From an uncultured Bacteroidales bacterium (GTDB taxonomy: Bacteria > Bacteroidota > Bacteroidia > Bacteroidales > Bacteroidaceae), in the NCBI GenBank assembly GCA_902801325.1, contig CADCHQ010000013.1, forward strand, positions 73,434 to 137,433: a stretch of DNA of 64,000 nt, in the 5' to 3' direction. Numbering within the stretch: position 1 is the first letter of the stretch; the number at the start of each line of letters is the position of its first letter. Under the pieces are notes generated by a model that was given only the letters and a program-made list of their open reading frames with translations, did not search any database and was not told where the DNA came from. The translations under genes were made by a program, and so were the position numbers. Of the stretch, positions 46,916-54,183 are shown in pieces.

Positions 46916-48019
46916 TTAATTGAAGCGAACCTGCAGTTGGCACATGAGGGAGTGACTGTTGTCGCGGACAAAGACGCCCTTTGCCACATAAGCACTCTTA
47001 TAGACATATTGCAACTGCACACGGCACTTCCCGTAAAACCAGTATTGTATGCCCGCTATGGCCTTGTGCTGGTCCATGCTCAGTTTGGTGTTGAAGTTGA
47101 AGAAGTCGTACGACCCCACGAACTCCACTTCAGGTCTGCCCAGGGGAACTGACCCCGTCAGATAGCCACCGCGACTGGTCACGTCGCCGTCGTAGCCTTC
47201 CAGGTATTCGCCGTGCAGATTGAATTTACGCGATTTATAGCTAAAGCCCAGCGTCCAGCGATTGCGCTTGTAGTCGTCGCCCTTGCTGATGGTTGGGTTA
47301 TATACCGAACCGCCTGTTCCCGCAATGGAGTCTGCCACCGAGTGTCCACGGCCTATCTGGCCAGAAGCCACCAAGTTCAGTCCCTTCACGGGGCGGTATT
47401 CTATTCGTCCGATGATGTCTTTGAAATTGTTCCCGTCCTTCTTGTTGATGCCTTGTCCGTCCATCACTTGCAGTTCGTATCGCAACTTGGTGTCGTTGGT
47501 TTCGCCGTAAAGGGCCAGACCCAAGTCACGTCCGTATTGCACGCCCAGCAGCGGGTCGCTACCGCAACCGGTGAGGAACGTCACGCCTTCCGAATAGACG
47601 TCGATGGCTTCCATGGAAGTGGGGGAGAGGGGATTCTCGAGTGAGAGACCATTCTTAAACTGACCAATGCGAGCCACGAGGGCATTGTTCTTGGTAATGC
47701 GAAAGTCTGTGTAAAATTCCTGTACGACACTCGAGAAGTCGTGCATGAAGAGAAACGACCAGCGGTCGGTGATTTGTGCGTTTGCCCAGAAGAGCACGCG
47801 CTTTAGTTCGAAAGAGTTTGTGTGGGTGTTGCTGCGGTTGGTGTAAGCGTAACCGCCTTGTGCGTATCCATGCAACTGGATGTGCTCAGTGAGTTTGTCT
47901 AATACCTTTTTACCTTTGCTTGTTGCAGTAGAGTCTGATTGACCCATTGCCGCCGTGCTGCTGAAGATGGCCAGAGCCACAGCCAGCGTTGCCTTGGCGA
48001 AAAATGTTTTTTGTTTCAT
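46916..48019 (-). CDS. Outer-membrane porin (phosphate-selective porin O/P-like beta-barrel)
   Basis: 367 aa with a signal peptide, alternating beta-strand pattern, aromatic girdle residues and a C-terminal F. Confidence 0.7.
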   Translation of the reverse strand: MKQKTFFAKATLAVALAIFSSTAAMGQSDSTATSKGKKVLDKLTEHIQLHGYAQGGYAYTNRSNTHTNSFELKRVLFWANAQITDRWSFLFMHDFSSVVQEFYTDFRITKNNALVARIGQFKNGLSLENPLSPTSMEAIDVYSEGVTFLTGCGSDPLLGVQYGRDLGLALYGETNDTKLRYELQVMDGQGINKKDGNNFKDIIGRIEYRPVKGLNLVASGQIGRGHSVADSIAGTGGSVYNPTISKGDDYKRNRWTLGFSYKSRKFNLHGEYLEGYDGDVTSRGGYLTGSVPLGRPEVEFVGSYDFFNFNTKLSMDQHKAIAGIQYWFYGKCRVQLQYVYKSAYVAKGVFVRDNSHSLMCQLQVRFN

Positions 48020-48037
48020 TGTTTGATGGATTAGGGA

Positions 48038-49354
48038 TTATTGATTGTTCTGTTCGAATATGCCCATGCGTTCTTCCAACTGGGCATACTGATGGTCCTC
48101 GATGAAGGAGGTGCACACGCGCAGCCCTTCCTGATGCGAACCCGTGGTGATGAGGCAAATGGCGCTCACACCGTAGTACATCAGTTCGCGTGCCAACTCG
48201 CCGCTGGTCATTCCCGGATAGCCAATGGTGAAGTAGAATCCGTCGGCAACGGGCTTGTCCAAGTCCTTGTCATAAACGATGTGGAAACCATGACGCAGGA
48301 AGATTTCCTTCAGCTTATGGGCTCTTTCGCCATACACCTTCACCTCGTCGCGGAAGCGATATTCCCCGTCACAAGCCGCACGGAACATCGCCGCCAGCGC
48401 ATATTGTGCCGAATGACTTGTTCCCGACGACAGGGCGTAAAGCATGCGGGTGGAGAATACCAGTCCGAAGGGCAGACCCTCGTAGCGTGCACTCAGGTCG
48501 TCGTAGTGGCGGTGGAACAGCTTGTCGTTGATGCACACCACGCCAATGCGCTCGCCGGCGTAGCTGAAGGCCTTCGAACCGCTGATGAGCAACATGTAGT
48601 TGTCCGTATATCGGGCCACGGTCGGTTGATAAGGCGGTTGGAAGGGGACGCTCAAGTCCTCGCGGAAGTCCATAGCGAAGTATGCCAGATCCTCCATGAT
48701 GATGGTGTCGTACTGCGTGGCCAGTTCGCCTATGTCCTTCAACTCCTGTTCCGTCAGGCATATCCACGATGGATTGTTGGGATTGCTGTAAACGATGGCA
48801 CAGATGTTACCCTTCGAGAGGTAACTTTCCAACTTCGGACGCAGTTTCTCGCCACGATAGTCATAAACGTCGAAGGTCTCGTATTTCACGCCCAACACCT
48901 GTAACTGCATCTTCTGGACGGGGAATCCGGGGTCGATGAACAGCACCGTGTCCTTCTGTTTCGAAGCCTGCGAACAAGTCAGGAACGAGGCAAACGTACC
49001 TTGCATACTACCGCACACGGGCACGCAAGCCTCTGCCGCAATGTCCACACCGATGAACGCCTTCACGAATCGCGAAGCCTGCTTCTTCAGTTCGGGGTAG
49101 CCTTGAATGTCGGGGTAGGAGTGTGCTATGCCGTCCTGCAGAGCCTTAATCTGGGCGTCCACACCCACCTTTGCGGCAGGCAGACCAGGGATGCCCATCT
49201 CCATTTTTATGAATTCCACGCCGCTCTCTTTCTCTGCCATCGCAGCCACCTGCTTCACCTCGCGTATGGTCGCCTTCGCAAAGTCCTGAATGCCCAGCTG
49301 GGCTATCAGACCATCCACCACATCCTTCCCAATGGGAGTATCTTTTACCTTCAT
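48038..49354 (-). CDS. PLP-dependent aminotransferase, class I/II fold
   Basis: PLP-lysine context LLISGSKAFSYAG. The start is set at MKVKDTPIGKD (ATG 49352-49354). The 70 upstream codons in the ORF track are low-complexity leader sequence. Confidence 0.85.
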   Translation of the reverse strand: MKVKDTPIGKDVVDGLIAQLGIQDFAKATIREVKQVAAMAEKESGVEFIKMEMGIPGLPAAKVGVDAQIKALQDGIAHSYPDIQGYPELKKQASRFVKAFIGVDIAAEACVPVCGSMQGTFASFLTCSQASKQKDTVLFIDPGFPVQKMQLQVLGVKYETFDVYDYRGEKLRPKLESYLSKGNICAIVYSNPNNPSWICLTEQELKDIGELATQYDTIIMEDLAYFAMDFREDLSVPFQPPYQPTVARYTDNYMLLISGSKAFSYAGERIGVVCINDKLFHRHYDDLSARYEGLPFGLVFSTRMLYALSSGTSHSAQYALAAMFRAACDGEYRFRDEVKVYGERAHKLKEIFLRHGFHIVYDKDLDKPVADGFYFTIGYPGMTSGELARELMYYGVSAICLITTGSHQEGLRVCTSFIEDHQYAQLEERMGIFEQNNQ

Positions 49355-49643
49355 ACCTATCAAATTAATACAAATCGGTTGCAAATATACAAAATCTTTT
49401 ACGAATAAGCGAAGGAAAATAGAAGAATTGTAAAAACTCGTTCGTGCGAAGGGCTTTTCAGTTTTTTCTTTGATGATTAATAGGTTAAACAATAATTTAG
49501 TTTTGTGGGAGGAGAGAAGGGGTAAGGGGCAAGAGAATACGTTTGCCGACGGTGTATCTCTCAACAGGTCTTTGCAATTTGAACGCTTGTTCAGTGCCCT
49601 TCGAACAATTGTTTAATTATCATCGAGCCTGCTTTCGTTGAAC

Positions 49644-49739
49644 TTCTTGCTCCTCTTTGTTACGCAAGCGTAGACCCTTTGGGTCGTCCGATTACTTGCT
49701 CCTCTTCGTTACGCAAGCGTCTCCTATCGTCGCCGAGCG
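49644..49739 (+). repeat. Dispersed element, two-module copy
   Basis: ttcttgctcc-tctttgt-tacgcaagcgtag...cgtccgattac plus ttgctcc-tcttcgt-tacgcaagcgt...cgtcgccgagcg. The terminal gccgagcgcg can pair with cgcgactcggc about 12 nt downstream. Confidence 0.88.
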
Positions 49740-49865
49740 CGGTCTTCCTATGTCGCGACTCGGCATTGATGTACACATCATGACGCTCACAGTTCTATCG
49801 GTTCGGAAAATTGCAAATGTATTTGTATTTTCACTCGGTTTGCACTATCTTTGGCTTTGCCGAAA

Positions 49866-50042
49866 ATACTTACGCTCGTTGTGAAATACTTCAAAAGAAA
49901 AACATTGCGATATCGCAATTGTGCCTTCGGCGAGGAAGTTTTACATTCGCCCTGTAAACAAGTTTACGTGCGATTTCTCACTTTTCTTTCGTTTTTCTTT
50001 CCTTTTTTTGTTTTTTTCGTTCGCTTATTCGTATTTTTGTCC
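49866..50042 (+). promoter_or_regulatory. Promoter-bearing repeat module A (paralog of 54584-54769)
   Basis: -33 TTTG (50007-50010) and -7 TATTTTTG (50032-50039) with a 21-nt gap. Upstream palindromes are ttgcgatatcgcaa (49905-49918) and gtaaacaagtttac (49954-49967). Blocks of 32/36 and 19/21 identity match the reverse complement of module B. Confidence 0.6.
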
Positions 50043-50127
50043 TTCGATTTTAGATACCAACTATATCACGTTGAATGTGTTAGCAGATTTAAGCAGGGTG
50101 TAAAAGATAGCAAGTTTGTAGATTACG

Positions 50128-50730
50128 ATGAGAAAGATTATCATTACTTTATGGGCTGTGATGATTATGTTGCCGGCCTTCTCTCAAGAGAAGGACCTGA
50201 CAAAGGACGTCACAATGGTTTCTTATGAGCAAAGGAAGGGGGATGGCGAAGGAAAGCTTGCACTTAGGAACAACACTGAGGCGGTGATAATGGATGTCGT
50301 TTTCCAACTTACCTATTTTGATAAGTCGGGTACTCCCCTCGATAGCGCAGACTTTAAGGAATGGGTGTATGCTGATCCTGGAAAGACTGCGGTGCTTGAC
50401 ATTCCGGCTTATCAGATAGAACGTGATGATTACAAGTCTGGGAATAACTCCAGCGATTCTCTTGACTTCAAAGTTGAATTTGAACTGAAGGATTATAATA
50501 CCGATTCGTTTGCCGTTAAAGGGTCTGACAAGGCTTCGCTTGTTTCATTCTTGGTGACTATATTTATAATAGTTTCTGTACTTGCGATATGGATAGTCTT
50601 GTATTACCTTGTTGCCGTGATGGCCATAAAACGAAACCGTAGTGTGATAAAATGGCTTTTGTTGAGTATCCTCATCACGCCTCTTCTCGCCGCTTTAATT
50701 CTTCTTGTAGTGGGGGAAAAGGGGGTGTAA
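50128..50730 (+). CDS. Hypothetical membrane protein (signal peptide, about 130-aa extracytoplasmic domain, two C-terminal TM helices)
   Basis: 200 aa with lower G+C than its neighbours. I recognise no family. Confidence 0.5.
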   Translation: MRKIIITLWAVMIMLPAFSQEKDLTKDVTMVSYEQRKGDGEGKLALRNNTEAVIMDVVFQLTYFDKSGTPLDSADFKEWVYADPGKTAVLDIPAYQIERDDYKSGNNSSDSLDFKVEFELKDYNTDSFAVKGSDKASLVSFLVTIFIIVSVLAIWIVLYYLVAVMAIKRNRSVIKWLLLSILITPLLAALILLVVGEKGV

Positions 50731-50806
50731 AAGTTTAAAGTTTAACGGTTAACGGGTTAAAAGTTTAAAAGGTTAAAAGTTTAAGGGTTAAAGGGTTAAA
50801 GGGTTA
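50729..50806. repeat. Tandem word array (AAAGTTTAA / AAGGGTTAA)
   Basis: aaaagtttaaagtttaacggttaacgggttaaaagtttaaaaggttaaaagtttaagggttaaagggttaaagggttag. It shares its leading words with 53209-53245. Confidence 0.88.
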
Positions 50807-50818
50807 GACTACGATTTA

Positions 50819-50855
50819 CGCTCGGCATCTGCTGAAGATACCGAGCGTTTTTTTT
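50819..50855 (+). terminator. Rho-independent terminator (also placed to stop iorB from the other side)
   Basis: cgctcggcatct-gctga-agataccgagcg followed by T8. The arm CGCTCGGCAT is the same motif that ends the dispersed element. Confidence 0.8.
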
Positions 50856-50880
50856 CTTTAATAAAAATGATTTCTTAAAT

Positions 50881-51513
50881 TCAGGCTTGTTCCCGTCCGA
50901 TGGAGAGGGCCTTGATGTTAGCCTCGACGATGGCGTCACCCTTGCGAGAGAAGACGCGACGAACGGCCTGTTCCATCTTCTCGTAGGCAATGCCGAGGGC
51001 CTTCTGGGCAGCACCTAGGAGGATGACGTTGGCCGAACGGGGCACACCGTTGTCCTTGGCCAGTTGCTCGATGTCGATGGCAATGACGTGCTTCACACTT
51101 GCCAGTTCGGCCTTGATGCCCTCCAGATCGGGATAGTTGGGAATGTTCACAAACGGTGCGCTGGACGTGATGATCCATCCGTCCTTATGGAGGTAGGGGA
51201 GGTAGCGCAGGGCTTCCATCGGTTCCATGGAGATGATGACGTCGGCACCACCCAGGGCTATCAGGTCGCTGGCAATGGGGTCGCTGCTGATGCGGAGATT
51301 CGACTGCACGTCGCCGCCTCGCTGACTCATGCCGTGAACTTCGGCCTGCTTGATGTATAAGTTCTCGTTCATGGCGGCCTCACCAATGATGGTTGCTATC
51401 GAGAGGATGCCTTGTCCTCCTACGCCGCAGAGGATTATGTCACACTTCAGACTCACCCCCGACCCCTCTCTTGTAGCGAGGGGAGTGGTTACTGTTGAAT
51501 TGTTAGTATTCAT
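50881..51513 (-). CDS. iorB: Indolepyruvate:ferredoxin oxidoreductase, beta subunit
   Basis: DIILCGVGGQGILS with an IorB-like sequence. The first 19 or so codons of the ATG-initiated ORF are repeat R7. A GTG at 51454-51456 is an alternative start. Confidence 0.88.
   Translation of the reverse strand: MNTNNSTVTTPLATREGSGVSLKCDIILCGVGGQGILSIATIIGEAAMNENLYIKQAEVHGMSQRGGDVQSNLRISSDPIASDLIALGGADVIISMEPMEALRYLPYLHKDGWIITSSAPFVNIPNYPDLEGIKAELASVKHVIAIDIEQLAKDNGVPRSANVILLGAAQKALGIAYEKMEQAVRRVFSRKGDAIVEANIKALSIGREQA
51454..51487 (-). repeat. REP-like element copy R7 (reverse orientation)
   Basis: caccccc-gacccctctcttgtagcgaggggagtgg. The reverse complement gives hairpin CTCCCCTCGC..AGAGAGGGG plus a G-box. 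Confidence 0.75.
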
Positions 51514-51555
51514 TATTTATATGTTTTTTTTGTTGCTATTCTTGAAAAGAAACTG

Positions 51556-51592
51556 CCCCCCTCCTTAACAGGGAGGGGTTTGGGGGAGAGTC
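51556..51592 (+). repeat. REP-like element copy R8, overlapping the 3' end of iorA
   Basis: cccccctccttaacagggagggg-tttgg-gggagagtc. It encodes the last residues TLPQTPPC and carries the TAA stop (51565-51567) in its loop. Confidence 0.8.
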
Positions 51593-53199
51593 TTCTTCTC
51601 CTTTGCGTGTCTTTTGAAAGTCTGTATGCACTCGCGCTGGGGAATAATCACCGAAACGCCTTTGTATTCAATCTCCTGACGCATGACGCGTTTGATTTCC
51701 TCCATGTTCTTTGGCAGGGGAATGACAACGTGCAGATGTTCGCGTTCTACGCCCAAGGCCAGACAGATGGCTTCGTACTTATGAGTTCCTGCAGAGTCCT
51801 GTCCGCCCGTCATGGCAGTGGTCAGGTTGTCGCTGATGATGACGGTGATGGAAGCGTGGTCGTTGACGGCATCCAGCAAGCCCGTCATGCCTGAATGGGT
51901 GAAGGTGGAATCGCCAATGACGGCAATGGCAGGATGGACACCAGCATCGGACGCACCCTTGGCCATCGTTATCGATGCACCCATGTCCACACAACTGTCG
52001 ATTGCTTGATAAGGGGGAAGAGCACCCAGTGTGTAGCAACCGATGTCGCCGAAGACGCGAGCCGTGGGGTAGTCCTTCAGCACTTCGTTGAGTGCGGAAT
52101 AAACGTCGCGATGACCGCATCCCTGACACAACTGAGGAGGACGTGCGGCAAGGTTCAGTGCCTTTTCGTAAGCTATCTCATTCTTCTTTCCAAAGGCCTC
52201 TGCCACATTGTCGGGATTCAGTTCGCCTGTTCGAGGCAAGCGACCTGTCATGCGTCCGCTAACGGGATAGTCGGCAGAAAGCAGTGTGCGAACTTGCTCT
52301 TCGACGAAGGGTTGTCCGTCTTCTACCACCAGTATCTCGGAGCACCGGCTTGCCATTGCGCAAATCTTTTCGGCGGGCAGTGGATACTGAGAAACCTTCA
52401 ACAAAACAGTGTTCTCTGGTTTGGCTTCGAGTACGTAGTTATAGCCAATTCCGCATGCAATAACACCCAGAGTTTCAGATGAATTACCTTCTTTCTGTTC
52501 ATCAAGTGCTTCAAGTCTATTAAAGGCTGACTCTTCGGCAGATTTCTTGATCTCCGTTTGCTTCTCGATGAGACTTGCATACTGTCGCTTGGCATTGCCT
52601 GGAAGCAGAACCCAGTGCGTGCGTTGGTTGTCGGGATTCAGTTCGTTGACGGCTGTCGGTTCGCCTACTTCTACGGAAGCACGCGAATGAGCCAATCGGG
52701 TAACGATGCGCATCAGGACGGGCAACTTCAAGGCCTCGCTCAGGGCGTAGGCTTTCTGCATCATGTCGTAGGCCTCCTGTTGGTTGGAGGGCTCCATGAT
52801 GGGGATCATCGCAAACTTGCCATAGAAGCGCGAGTCCTGTTCGTTCTGACTGGAGTGCATCGAGGGGTCGTCGGCAGCTACCACAACCAAACCTCCGTTT
52901 ACGCCTGTTATGGCAGCATTGACGAAGGCATCGGCACATACGTTCATGCCCACGTGCTTCATGCATACCAAAGCTCGCTTGCCGGCATACGACATGCCCA
53001 ATGCAGCCTCCATTGCCGTCTTCTCATTGGTGCACCAACGGCTGTGGACACAGCGTTCCTTGGCCAGAGGGTGGTGCTGAATGTATTCGGTGATTTCCGT
53101 CGATGGCGTGCCGGGATAGGCATAAACGCCAGATAGCCCTGCATGCAGCGCACCCAGAGCTATCGCTTCGTCGCCTAAGAGTAAAAGATGGTTGTTCAT
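51565..53199 (-). CDS. iorA: Indolepyruvate:ferredoxin oxidoreductase, alpha subunit
   Basis: 544 aa with a TPP-enzyme N-terminus LLLLGDEAIALGALHAG, AADDPSMHSSQNEQDSR and cysteine motif CQGCGH. Confidence 0.92.
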   Translation of the reverse strand: MNNHLLLLGDEAIALGALHAGLSGVYAYPGTPSTEITEYIQHHPLAKERCVHSRWCTNEKTAMEAALGMSYAGKRALVCMKHVGMNVCADAFVNAAITGVNGGLVVVAADDPSMHSSQNEQDSRFYGKFAMIPIMEPSNQQEAYDMMQKAYALSEALKLPVLMRIVTRLAHSRASVEVGEPTAVNELNPDNQRTHWVLLPGNAKRQYASLIEKQTEIKKSAEESAFNRLEALDEQKEGNSSETLGVIACGIGYNYVLEAKPENTVLLKVSQYPLPAEKICAMASRCSEILVVEDGQPFVEEQVRTLLSADYPVSGRMTGRLPRTGELNPDNVAEAFGKKNEIAYEKALNLAARPPQLCQGCGHRDVYSALNEVLKDYPTARVFGDIGCYTLGALPPYQAIDSCVDMGASITMAKGASDAGVHPAIAVIGDSTFTHSGMTGLLDAVNDHASITVIISDNLTTAMTGGQDSAGTHKYEAICLALGVEREHLHVVIPLPKNMEEIKRVMRQEIEYKGVSVIIPQRECIQTFKRHAKEKKTLPQTPPC

Positions 53200-53208
53200 A
53201 TATGTGAT

Positions 53209-53245
53209 AAAAGTTTAACGTTTAAAGTTTAACGGTAAATGTTTA
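53209..53245. repeat. Tandem word array (AAAGTTTAA) upstream of iorA
   Basis: aaaagtttaacgtttaaagtttaacggtaaatgttta, a direct-orientation relative of 50729-50806. Confidence 0.85.
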
Positions 53246-53326
53246 TTGCTCAATGATCCGCTCGGCATAATCGAAGTAAACTTCATTCTGCTCTCACTCA
53301 ATCGCAGCCTTCAATCTTCAATGTTC

Positions 53327-53373
53327 CGCTCGGCGACGTCAGGAGACGCTTGCGTAGCTTGCCGGAGCAAGAA
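53327..53373 (-). repeat. Dispersed element, single module in reverse orientation
   Basis: The reverse complement is ttcttgctccggcaagctacgcaagcgtctcctgacgtcgccgagcg. It is flanked by cttcaatcttcaatgtt (53309-53325) and aatgttcaatcttcaatcttcaat (53372-53395). Confidence 0.88.
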
Positions 53374-53376
53374 TGT

Positions 53377-54165
53377 TCAATCTTCAATCTTCAATAAAAA
53401 ACTTTCTGCGTCGCGAAGGACGGGGAATTTCTTTCGGAAGGAAGTGAGAGCATCTATGTCCAGTGCAGCCGTGGTGAGACATTTCTTGTCTCGTTCACAT
53501 TCGACGATGGCGCGTCCGTATGGGTCTATCATTGCCGATGCACCGCAATACTGGCAATTCTGGTCTTGTCCGATGCGGTTCACGCCCACCACATAGCATT
53601 GGTTCTCGATGGCTCGAGCACGAAGCAGGGTGTTCCATACTTCAATGCGCGAAGTAGGCCAGTTGGCGACATAGAGTATGGCGTCATATTCCGCCTCTCC
53701 ACTATCCTTGTCCACGTGGTTTCTGCTCCACACGGGAAAGCGCAGGTCGTAGCACACTTCCAGCAGAAAGCGTACGCCTCGCCATTCCACAACTACACGA
53801 CTATCGCCTTGTGTGAGGTGCTTATCCTCAGCGCCATAAGAGAAGAGGTGACGTTTATCGTAGTAGTTGAAACTCCCATCGGGTTTAACAAAATAAAAAC
53901 GGTTGAAGTATCGTCCGTCCTCTTTTGTGGCAATGCTTCCGGCAAAGGCGGCATTATGCTGGTGGGACATGCGTATCATCCAATCAAGCGATTCCTTGTT
54001 CTCCTCTGCAACACCCTCGGGATCGGTGGCAAACCCCGTCGACCACATCTCGCAAAGGACAAAGAGGTCGGCCTCAGGGTGCTGTTCCAACAAGCACTCC
54101 AGATGCTTGGCATTCTTTTCAGGCGATGCCCAATAGATATCGTGTTGAATGATAGCAATTTCCAT
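53377..54165 (-). CDS. Carbon-nitrogen hydrolase family amidohydrolase (YafV/omega-amidase-like)
   Basis: 262 aa with the Glu-Lys-Cys triad context (LCEMWSTGF, EVCYDLRFP). The last codons (LKIED) are written by the tcaatct word array. Confidence 0.82.
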   Translation of the reverse strand: MEIAIIQHDIYWASPEKNAKHLECLLEQHPEADLFVLCEMWSTGFATDPEGVAEENKESLDWMIRMSHQHNAAFAGSIATKEDGRYFNRFYFVKPDGSFNYYDKRHLFSYGAEDKHLTQGDSRVVVEWRGVRFLLEVCYDLRFPVWSRNHVDKDSGEAEYDAILYVANWPTSRIEVWNTLLRARAIENQCYVVGVNRIGQDQNCQYCGASAMIDPYGRAIVECERDKKCLTTAALDIDALTSFRKKFPVLRDAESFLLKIED

Positions 54166-54183
54166 AACAGCCTTATTTCGGCT

